Below, piece by piece: positions 9,375 to 21,300 of a stretch of 64,000 nt of DNA. A program made the translations under genes and the position numbers. The DNA is from a virus. The notes beneath the pieces are model-generated. The model saw only the letters and a program-made list of their open reading frames with translations. It made no database searches and was not told where the DNA came from. Positions within the stretch are counted from its first letter, which is position 1. Every line of letters starts with the position of its first letter. Location of the stretch: positions 27,614-91,613 of IMG/VR virus record IMGVR_UViG_3300032297_000372; one strand, given 5' to 3'.

Positions 9375-12300
9375 ATGTCTATCAATTATCTATCACCTCT
9401 AGTAGAAAAACAATTACCTGGATTTGTCCGTGAGGAGAATCCAAACTTCGTCACATTTTTGGAGAAATATTATGAGTGGATGGAGACTAGTGGTAAACCA
9501 ATATACGAAAACTATAATTTATTAAACGCTAAAGATATTGATTTAGCTAATGATTATTTTATAAAACAAATTAAAGAAGAATTATTGCCTTCTTTTCCGG
9601 AAGAGATTCTATTAGACGATGTTAAGTTTCTAAAGACAATTAATCAATTCTACAGGTCAAAAGGTACACCAGATTCTATTAAATTTTTGTTTAAAGTTCT
9701 TTATAATGAAAACATAGACATTTATTTCCCTTCTAATGACATTCTAAAATTATCTGATGGTAAATGGGTATTGCCATTAGCATTACGAGTTGAAACTGCC
9801 GATCCTAATATATTCAACTTAGTAAAAACTCAAATACGTGGTACAACTTCAGATGCTACGGCTATAGTTGAGAAAGTAGTAAGCTCTGTAGATAGAGCAT
9901 TGGGTATTCAATACATCGAATTATTTGTTTCCAATATTAATCGTTTATTCGCAACTGGTGAAACATTAACTGCATCTTATTTTGACGGTGAAGATACTAT
10001 CACCGTTAATTCAAAACTCATCGGTTCTTTATCCGAAATCAAAATTGATCCTAAGAATCGTGGATTGTTTTACAAAGATAATGATCCACGTGGACTGTTT
10101 TATTATCCAGAAGATATTGAAATACAATACGGCGGTGATCCGGTAACTTTTGTTGGTGGTTTAAATGAAGAAGAAGGATCGAAAGCTCAACCTGCTGAGG
10201 CGGTTGTTGGTGAAGTTCTAAAAGGACAAATTAACGAGATCATCACCGTAGATGGTGGTTTTGGTTTCCGTAGATCGATATACCCCAATACATCTATCAT
10301 TGATTTTAAAGGTGGATTTGCTTCTGGTAGATTGGGTCAAGAATCTAAAGCAGAAATTATTTTGGTTGATGAGAAGAATTATCGTACACTCAATGTTAGT
10401 AATATTGAGATACAATCATTTTTTTCCAATACAATCAACTCGATTGATAATGTTGCTAATAACAAAACTATCAATGAGATCACTACAAAACAATCTTTAA
10501 ACTTATATTCAATCGCATTCTTATCTGCGGTTTCTTCTGGTGGTGGATATAGCTCTAGACCAGATATTGAAACATATAGTTTATATAATGAATCCATAGA
10601 TGATGAATTAGTTATATCTTCTGCATTTGTTACTCGCAAAACTAACATCATACGTGACAGCACACAAGATTTAACTCAATCGTTAGAAAAAGGCGATTTA
10701 ATTCGTTTGTTTGTTAAGAATAGATTTGAACAAGTAGAGACTGTACAAGAAGTAACATCGAATACCTTGACGATTGGTAGTTCATTTGAAACCAACATCA
10801 ACAATCTTCAAGTTTATAAAGTACATAGAAGAAACTTAACTCAATTAGGTTCTTTAGGTAGAATTCGAGTTGTCAATGGTGGTAGTAACTATAACGTTGG
10901 TGACTATTTAATATTCACTTCAAATGGCCGAGGTTATGGCGCAAATGCACAAGTAACTCAAGTCTTTGCTGGTAATAACGGTATTAAAGCTGCCGAATTC
11001 AATGAATCTTCTGCCTATGTTAGAGGTGGTGAAGGTTATACACTTGCAGATTTACCAACAATAACTATCAATAGTGTAACAGGATCAAATGCTCAGTTGG
11101 TTATTCCTGAGATATTAGGTGATGGTGAGAAAGTAGAATTATCTACAAGTAGAATTGGTGCAGTCTCGAAGATCAAGGTTATTAGTTATGGTTACGATTA
11201 CACTTCAGCACCTATAGTATCTTTAAGAAATGCAGATTTATATCTCAGTAATGTAACTGAAGGACTTTTATTTACATCTAATTCAAGAGTATATCAAGGT
11301 ACATCAAATACGAATACAACATTCGAAGCTTATTTTGATAAGTATGTTACAGGTAATTCACATGTACGTATTTTCAATTACATTGGTACTTTTGATGATA
11401 CAAAACAATTAAAGTCATTTGATAATACGATTAGTGCAGACATTTATGATTATGTTTTCTTCGGAAACGGTAAAGCGAAGGCCACTGCTAAATTTGAAAA
11501 CGGTTTGATTCGTTATCCAGGTATTTACTTGAATGAAGACGGTCAACCAAGTTCAGAGAAAAGATTCCAAGATGCCAATAAGTATCATAATTTTTCATAT
11601 GTTATTAACACTGAAAACGACTATAAGAAATTCTCAAAAACATTATCGGATGTTTTACATCCAGCAGGAACAAAATCTTTTGTAACTCGTATAAAGAAAT
11701 TCGATAATGATGTTGCTAGCTTAATAATCACAAGTAATAATTATATAACTACTCCCTTGTCTAATACATTTAACGTTTTTGTCGGAACAGGCATTGCTGT
11801 GGTCACAGGCAGTTCAGCCAATGTCAACTTAGCATCTTCAATTTCTGTTGGCGACACTATTGTTTTCCGTAATCTTTTAAAGACTTTAAACGGTACAGTA
11901 TCATATGTTTCTGGTTCAAATACCATAACAGGTAATGGTACAAACTTTATCAATGACATTTATGATGGTCAAGTAATTAGATTAGTTTCTGGAAATAGTG
12001 AAGTTGTGGCTTATGTCACCAATGCTAATTCAATAATAACACAGAATACTTTAACGTCAACTGTATCAAACGGAACTATTTCTCTATACTATGATGAAGT
12101 TGATACTGTAACTTTTGTAAACTCGAATACTATTTTCGTATCTACAATATTCCCATCTAGTGGTTCTTTTGTTTCTGCTAATCTGAAGATAGACCTTGGT
12201 GCAGCATCATCGTTACGTGATATAAGAATTAGTACTGATATTCCTTCTATAAATCTTTATGCTGGTGAAGCAAATAACTTCACACCTGTTACTGCATCTG

Positions 12301-15300
12301 GTGGTATTGGTGGTATTGCCGGATATTTAATAAGTCCTATATTGCCTGATGGATTAGTATTGATTTCTTCTAATGGTAATATTCGTGGAACACCTACAGT
12401 AATCAGAACTCCAACAACATATACTATTACTGCTTATGATAGAAGAAGTCGTGGCGCAAATGCAACATTTACTTTAGGGGTTACACCACAACCATTAGTA
12501 GCTTTACGGTCAATTGCATCTCGAACAATAAGTGCTAATACATTAGCCACAACATTTAGACCAGTAATACCATCTGGCGGTTATGGTAGTGTCAGATATA
12601 CCGTTACTCCATCATTACCATCTGGAGTAACTTTTGATACGTTTACAGGTAATCTTGGCGGTATACCTTCAGTATTAAGAGCTGCTAATACATACACTAT
12701 AAGTTTAGTTGATGATGTAGGTCAAACTTCAAGTAATACATTCTCACTAACTGTAAACGCATTACCAGTAATAACATCAACAATAATATCATCTAGAACA
12801 TTAACTGCAAATATTAGCAACGCATTTACACCTATAACTGCCACCGGTGGTTATGGTGGATTAACTTATAACATTGCGCCAAGTTTACCAACAGGATTGA
12901 CATTTGATACTGCTAATGGATACATCTTTGGAAATACTGAGACAACTCTAATTGCCAATACATTTACTATAACTGCAAATGACGGAACTGGTCAATCAAC
13001 AAGTAATACATTTAATTTAACTGTAAGTTTACCAACACCAATAACAGCAAGTCTGATTATTGATACTAGAACATTAACAGCTAACATTGCTAATTCGTTC
13101 ACACCTGTAACTGCAACTGGTGGATATGGAAACTTGACCTATAGTATTTCGCCAAGTTTACCAACAGGATTAACATTTAATACCTCGAACGGTTATATTA
13201 CTGGTGTTACTTCAGTATTGTCATCTAACACATCATACACTATAAGTTTGGTTGATGAATACATACCAGTTCAAACAGCTTCTAACACATTCTTCATGAA
13301 TGTAGCTCCACCTGCGTTAACAAGTACTATGGCATTAGTAACTCGAAACTTGATAACAAATAGTGCGAACAGTTTTGAAACATTAACAGCTTCTGGTGGT
13401 TATGGTCAAATAACTTATAGTATTAATCCTGCTCTGCCGTCAGGACTTTCACTGAATACATCTAACGGTTTCATATCAGGAACTCCATCGGCGAATACAA
13501 ATTTAACAACTTACACCGTAACTGCTAATGATGGAGTTGGTCAAACAACAAGTAATACATTCACAATGAAAGTATATACTCAGTTATTGACTAGATCATT
13601 GATCGCATCTAGAATTTTAAATACTAATGTTGCTAATAGTTTCTTACCAGTTATTGCCGTAGGTCCATCTACATCAGGCGGTAGCGCAAATGCCTATTAT
13701 TTTGATGGTGCCAATAGTGGTTTTGTAATAAGAGACTGGTATAATGCTTATCAAATATTTGAAACTGATAACAGTCGTGTTGATGATTTTACAGTTGAAT
13801 TCTGGATTAAAGCAAATGCTGCAAGTCAAACCGCCAACGCTACTATAATACAAACTGATTTTAATTATAAAACTCAACTAGAAATTGCAGTTGGTTCTGA
13901 TATTACTGGTGGTGCAGGTAGAATATCATTCTCACCTCTAGCCATAGTAGAAACTGCTAATAGTGGTTACTATGGTGAACCTACTGGTTTGAAGATAAGT
14001 ACACCTGGTAATTACTTAGATGATATATGGCATCATGTTGCTTGTGTGAGATATAACGATACAGGTTACATATATGTTGACGGTGTGTTAGTTGCTAATA
14101 GTGCTGCTGGTGCTTGGGATGCGGCCGCACTATATCCTGACGATTATTATTTTGTAGGTTCTGATTTTTATATTGGCCGAGCAGGTCGTTCTGGAGTCTA
14201 TCCAGAATTTGAATTACAGGCCGATAATACTTTTGCTGGTTATTTAAGTAATTTTAGAATTTCAAATACAGCAGTATATACAACTACATTTACTCCTTCA
14301 ACAACTCAATTAACCAGAACAGTAAATACTGCAATATTATTGAATCAAACAACAATTGTCAATAACGGCAGCGCCAGCTTTGGTAGCATTGCTGCTAAAA
14401 CCGTATTACCAACAGTTACTACAGATACGACTGTATTCAGCGCACCTAGCGTTAATTTAACTACAGGTGTAACTTATAGCATTGCACCAAGTTTACCAAC
14501 AGGTTTGACATTTGATACTGCTAATGGATTCATTACGGGTAATTCAGCTCAAACTGTAATTGCTAATACTTACACAGTTTCAGTTAGTGATGAAAGCGGA
14601 CAGGTAAATAGCAATACATTTATAATGAGTGTTGTACCTACTTTAGTTCTGAATACAGGTATACCATTTAAGTCATTGGCAGCAAATAGTGCAGATGCAT
14701 TTACACCAGCAAATGTTTCTGGTGGTGCAACACCATACACATATAGCATTACACCAAGTGTACCTACAGGTTTATCGTTCAACACATCTAATGGTTATAT
14801 TAATGGAGCTGCTTCGGTATTATCAGTTAATACCAGTTACACAATAAATGTAACAGATTATCTCTCACAGACAGTTTCAAATACATTCACCATGAATGTT
14901 GCAGCTTCAGCCTTAACAAGTACTATGGCATTATCGTCTAAGAACTTAACAATAGGCATTGCTAATAGTTTCAACACATTAACAGCTTCTGGTGGTTACG
15001 GAACAATAACTTATAACATTGCACCTTCATTACCAGCAGGTTTAACATTCAATATTTCAACTGGTCTAATATCTGGAACAGCATCAGCTAATACAAACTT
15101 AACAACATACACCGTAACTGCTAATGATGGAGTTGGTCAAACAACAAGTAATACCTTCACAATGCAAGTGTATTATCCTTTAGCGACTAGAACATTGGTT
15201 GCAACTAAAACTTTAAATACTAATGTTGCTAATAGTTTCTTGCCGATCATTGCAGTGTCGGGTTCAACATCCGAAACTTCAAACGTATATTATTTCAACG

Positions 15301-18300
15301 GCACATCACAAGGTCTCAGATTACCAACTACAAGTAATTTAGATTTTGGTTCTGGTGATTTTACAGTTGAATTCTGGATGAAGGCTGGAAGCAGTCAAAA
15401 AACTTATGCAATGATTACTGATGCACTTGGTAGTAACGATAAAGTTGGTATTGGTGTTGGTATAAACGATGGTAATACAGCAGGTTACTTACGATTTAGA
15501 GCACAATCTTCGGCCGTTAAGATTTCAAGTACAACATACGTTTTAGATAACCAATGGCATCACATTGCTTGCGTTAAGTCTGGTAACAATGGTTATGTAT
15601 TTGTTGATGGTGTATTAGAGACAAGTACTTCTTCATGGTCTGGTGTAACTAACGCATCATTAAGTGATGGCCAGATTGGTCGTTCACGTTTTAGTTCTGG
15701 TACCTCTAATGATAACCAATATACTGGTTATATTTCTAACTTTAGAATTATTAAAGGAACTGCTTTATATACCAGTTCATTCTCGGTACCGACAACCGTA
15801 CCAAGTGCAATTGCTAATACCCAATTATTACTCACCAGTGCCAATGGAGCAATCGATAGTAGTAATAACGGATTTACATTAACGGCAAAAACAGTATTAC
15901 CAACAGTTTCTACAGACTCAGAAGTATTATCTGGAGCGAGTTTAAATTTAACTACAGGTGTAACTTATAGCATTTCTCCAAGTTTACCAACAGGATTAAC
16001 ATTCGATACTGCTAATGGATTTATCACTGGTAATACGGCACAAACAATAATTGCCAATACTTACACAGTTTCAGTTAGTGATACTTCCGGCCAAACGGCA
16101 AGTAATACATTTATAATGAATGTTGTTCCAACACTAACTGTGACTACAGGTATTTTATTCAATTCACTAATAGCAAATTCTGAATATGCGTTTACACCTG
16201 CAAATGGAGTTTCTGGTATAACTCCATACACTTATAGCATTTCTCCAAGTTTACCAACAGCATTAACATTTGATACGGCTAATGGTTATATTAGTGGAAC
16301 TGCTACCGTATTGTCATCTAATACCAATTACACAATAACAGTAATTGATGATGTTTCACAGATAGCTTCAAATACATTTACTATGAATGTTGTTAGTCCG
16401 GCATTAACAAGTACTATGGCATTATCTTCTAGGAATTTAAGAACAGGTGTTGCTAATAGTTTCGAAACATTAACAGCTTCTGGTGGTTACGGAACAATAA
16501 CATACAGTATCAGTCCAAGTTTACCATCAGGACTTTCACTGAATACATCTAATGGTTTCATATCAGGAACAGCTACATCGAATACAAGTTTAACAACATA
16601 CACCGTAACTGCAACTGACGAAGGAAGTCGAACGACAAGCAATACATTTACAATGCAAGTGTTTGCAGAGTTATCCACTGTAACATTAGTTTCTTCTAAA
16701 CTGTTTACAAATGTTTCTAATAGTTTCGTACCAGTTATTGCAGTATCTAACTATACGATATCAAATACAACAAATTCAACTGCAAATGTTTATAGCTTTG
16801 ATGGCACATCACAAGGTCTCAGGTTACCAACCACAAGTAATTTACAATTTGGTTCTGACGACTTTACTATTGAATTCTGGATGAAGGCTGATAGTATTCA
16901 GGAACCATATGCTACCATTATGGATGCTACCAACGATAACACAGGAACTGGTATTGGTGTTGGTTATAATGGTACTGGTACTCCTAGTAAGTTAAATTTC
17001 TTTGGTCAAGGTTATGTTGCACCCACATTATCTAGTACAACTACTGTTACAAATAACGTATGGTACCATATTGCCTGCGTCAAATCTGGTAGCAATGCAT
17101 ATTTGTTTGTTAACGGTGTACTCGAAGCAAACTCAATCGGTGGATGGTCTGGCGTAAATGCTGCAACAATGAGTGATGGCCAGATTGGTCGTTCACGTTA
17201 CGGTTCTGGTGATTCGAATGATAACACATACACTGGTTTACTATCCAATATTAGAATTATTAAAGGAACTGCTTTATATACCAGTTCATTCTCGGTACCG
17301 ACAACCGTACCAACTACAATTGCTAATACTCAATTACTATTAACTGGCGCTAACGCAGCAATCGATAGTAGTAATAACGGATTTACATTAACGGCAAAAT
17401 ATATATTACCTACAGGCATCACAGATTCATCATTCTTAGTTGTTGCTGGTGAATCACAAAATGCAACCGTGAATTTAACTACAGGTGTAACTTACAGTAT
17501 CAGTCCAAGTTTACCTGAAGGAATAATATTGAATACATCCAATGGTTATATTAGTGGATACGCATCAACAGAAATAATTGCTAATACTTACACCATAACT
17601 GTTAATGACGTTACTGGACAAACAGCAAGTAATACATTTGTGATGAGTGTTATTTTACCAATAAGTACCACGACCATAGTCTCTAAAACATTAACAACTA
17701 ATATCGCTAACTCATTTACACCTGTAACAGCTGAAGGTTATGGCAATGTAACATATAGTATTTCACCAACTTTACCAACAGGATTAACATTTGATACTGC
17801 TAACGGTTTTGTAACAGGATCAACAGAATTTAATACGAACTTAACAACATACACTGTAACTGCAAGTGATGAATTAAGTCAAACCGCAAGTAATACATTT
17901 ATTATGAAAGTTTATCAAACTTTGACAGCTTACACATTGATACCTTTTAGAAGTTTTGCTCCAAATACAGCTAATAGCTTCTTACCGGTTAGTGTATTGT
18001 CGGGAACATCAGAAGGTTCTGCATCAGTAAATGTGTATTACTTTGACGGTGTAAACAAAGCCTTTAAATTACCAGCCACAAGTGATTTAGCATTTGGTTC
18101 TAGTGATTTTACCATTGAATTCTGGATGAAGGGTTCACCTATTCAAGACTACTATGCTATTATTATGGATGCAGGTTATTGGGGTAGTGTACTCAAAATA
18201 CAATTTAATGAATCCACTCAAGACGGTTCTATAATATTTAATCCAGATCAAAACTCAGTAGGTCCTTTAGCATCAACAACACTATTAAACGATGAAACTT

Positions 18301-21300
18301 GGCACCATATTGCTTGTGTTAAATCTGGAAATAATGGTTATTTGTTTGTTGATGGTGTACTAGAAGATAGTGCAACTGGTTGGAGTAGTATAAATTCCAC
18401 AATGAGTGAAGGTATAATTGGTAGATCAAATTATGCAAATGCTACTCTTAGTGATAATGCATATACAGGTTATCTCAAAAATATTAGAATATTAAAAGGT
18501 ACAGCATTATACACAAGTACATTTACACCTCCATCAACAGTAAGCGCAATCGCAAATACAGTTTTATTAGTAAACGGATCAACAATTACTGATAGTAGTA
18601 ATCTAGCTTTATCATTCACTGCAATTACTGTACTGCCTAGTATATCTACAGAAACAATAGGAGCAACATATGAAACGGGCAATTTAACTTACAGTATCGC
18701 ACCAAGTTTACCAACAGGATTAACACTCAATACTGCTAATGGATTTATCACCGGTAATACAGCACAAACAATAATTGCCAATACTTACACAGTTTCAATT
18801 GGTGATGAAATTGGACAATCATCAAGCAACACTTTCGTAATGAGTATTGTAACTCCATTAAGCATGAGTACAAGTGATACTGAATTATCTGTTGGTATTG
18901 GATCTAGTTTTAGTTCTACACCTGCAACAGCAACAGGTGGTGTTGGAACAATAACTTATAGTATAGACGGATTAGGTGGCAATACTTTACCTTACGGATC
19001 TACGATAAATTCATCTAATGGTAGAATTTCGGGATTAGTCGCTGTCGAACCTGGAAGAGCAGCTAATGCATATCCATTATTAAGTACGATTAAAGTAGTT
19101 GCTAATGATAGTTCTAGCCAGCAAGCTTCAAGTGCTAATATACAATTTACTGTTCGTGGTCCATCAGTACCAACATCAATTACAAGTAGAGCTGTTCGAA
19201 GTGTTATAGCAAATACAACATATGCATCAATCAATATTGGTGTAGTGACTGGTGGTTTAGGAGACCTGAAGGGATACATTGTACCTGTATCTCTTGGAGA
19301 ATCAAATGCTGCTCTGCATCCATTAGCGTTCTCAAATGCTGTTCCGGGTATGACATGGACATTTGATCCTGCATCTAACACAGTATTCGTTTCAGGCACA
19401 CCAACAAAAGCAATTGGTTTCCAATATGGTGTAACAAATAATTTCTTAGGTATACTCATCGAGCCATCAACAACTAGAAGTTTTTATATTCAAGGATTCG
19501 ATGGAACTAGAAATAGTGGTAAAGGATTTAATAGTAGTTTCGAGTTCAACGTTCAAGCATCACAATTCTATGCTAATACAACAACATCAGTTGTAGTGTT
19601 TAATACGAAAACCTCGAATACATTTACACCTATAACCGTATCTGGTGGTTATGGAGTAAATGGAAAAATAACATTCGCATTATCTGGAAATACATTGCCT
19701 GCTGGATTATCATTCAGTAATTCTAATGGTGCAATTACAGGTACAGTTTCAAATGTTTATGTTTCGAATACATTTACAATAACTGCTAATGACGATTCCT
19801 TCCAATCAGCATCGAATACATTTACATTACGAGTTGATGCTAGCCCATTAGGAACCATATTATCCGAATCAACAAAAACTCTTGCGTTAAATACTGCAAC
19901 GAATTTCACAGTGGTAACAGCAACAGGTGGTGCTGGAATAATAAGCTTTGCTTTAAGTGGTAATACTTTACCTAGCGGTTTAACATTTGAAACTTCTAAC
20001 GGTGCAATTATAGGTACACCAACAGTTCTATTAACTGGAAATACCTATACAATTACAGCGAGTGATTCTGTAAGTAATACATCTGCACAAACTTTTGTGT
20101 TGATTGTTGAAGAGCCAGTATTTAAATATCAGTTAGCTGATGGTGGTTGGATTGCTGATGCTTCTCCTTTAGCTTCTCCAATTTCTTTAGCTACAGTAAG
20201 TCAAACTGGATCACCAACTACAACCAATTCTCCGACAATCAGTACAGATACACCAGCGACTGCGAATGCTTATAGTTTAAATACAGTGTTTACTAAGTTA
20301 TTCTACTCAGGAACTAATACTGGATACTTCTTAAATACCGCACCAAATCCAGCATACACATTAGGAAATAGTGATTTTACTGTTGAAGCTTGGGTTAAAT
20401 TAACAAACTCCACTTTTGGTCGAGAACAGTTATTGGTAAGAAAAGGTACATTATGGGATTATAGTATGGAAGGTGGTGATCCTGCTACCGCTACCGAATT
20501 TACAACATCAAATTCAACAGCAATAGTGAGACTGTCTGAGTATGGTTCTAGGAACGCACAATTCGATCCGTTCTTTAATGTAGATGCATATGATAATTAT
20601 GATATAGCAACTTATAGTGGAAAATGGACGCATTTTGCTTTAGTATTTAAGGCTAACACATCAGGCACTACTATTTCAGGAACTAATGATGTGGATGCGG
20701 GTACAGTAACAATCTTCCTCAATGGTCGACCATATTATACTGAACTTGTACCTTACGCATATGGTGACAATACCATACAAGTTACGGATCCTAGTTTATA
20801 TAATATTGATTTTGGTGGAAATACAGGATTTAATTTTGCACAAACATTAGGTAAAATTTATAAACTGAAAATAAGTGATAAAGTTGTTTATCCTGTTAAT
20901 GAATATTTCACACCTACGCCTGATTATGGTGTAGATTCTAATACATTATTCTTCCTAGATGTTGCAGATTCAAGTAATAATTACTACACAAATGCTAATA
21001 ATTATACTTCGCAGATTAAACTTGTTGATTTTGTGGCTAATACTATGGTAAATCTCGAAAATAATAATGAAGATTCTTTAGCTAATACTATTACTTTAAG
21101 TGCAGATATACCTTCTGGAGGAAATATCAGTAGTAATAGTTCTCAGACTACAGCTAATGGAAGTGGGTTTGGTTGGTTTATCCAAAACTATTATTATAGT
21201 TATCTTAATAAAGCTGTTTATAATGTGTATAGTCAGAATTGGACAGTAGAATCATGGTTTAAGTGGTCAACATCAAATTTTGCCAATACACAACAACAGG

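Noticed and set aside
10048-10105. Short tandem duplication RGLFY...RGLFY in gp7
   Set aside because: A real but small in-frame duplication with no evident functional meaning.
15742-17399. Possible diversity-generating retroelement template/variable repeat pair
   Set aside because: No reverse transcriptase in the window, both copies are in frame in the same gene, and the differences are not adenine-specific.
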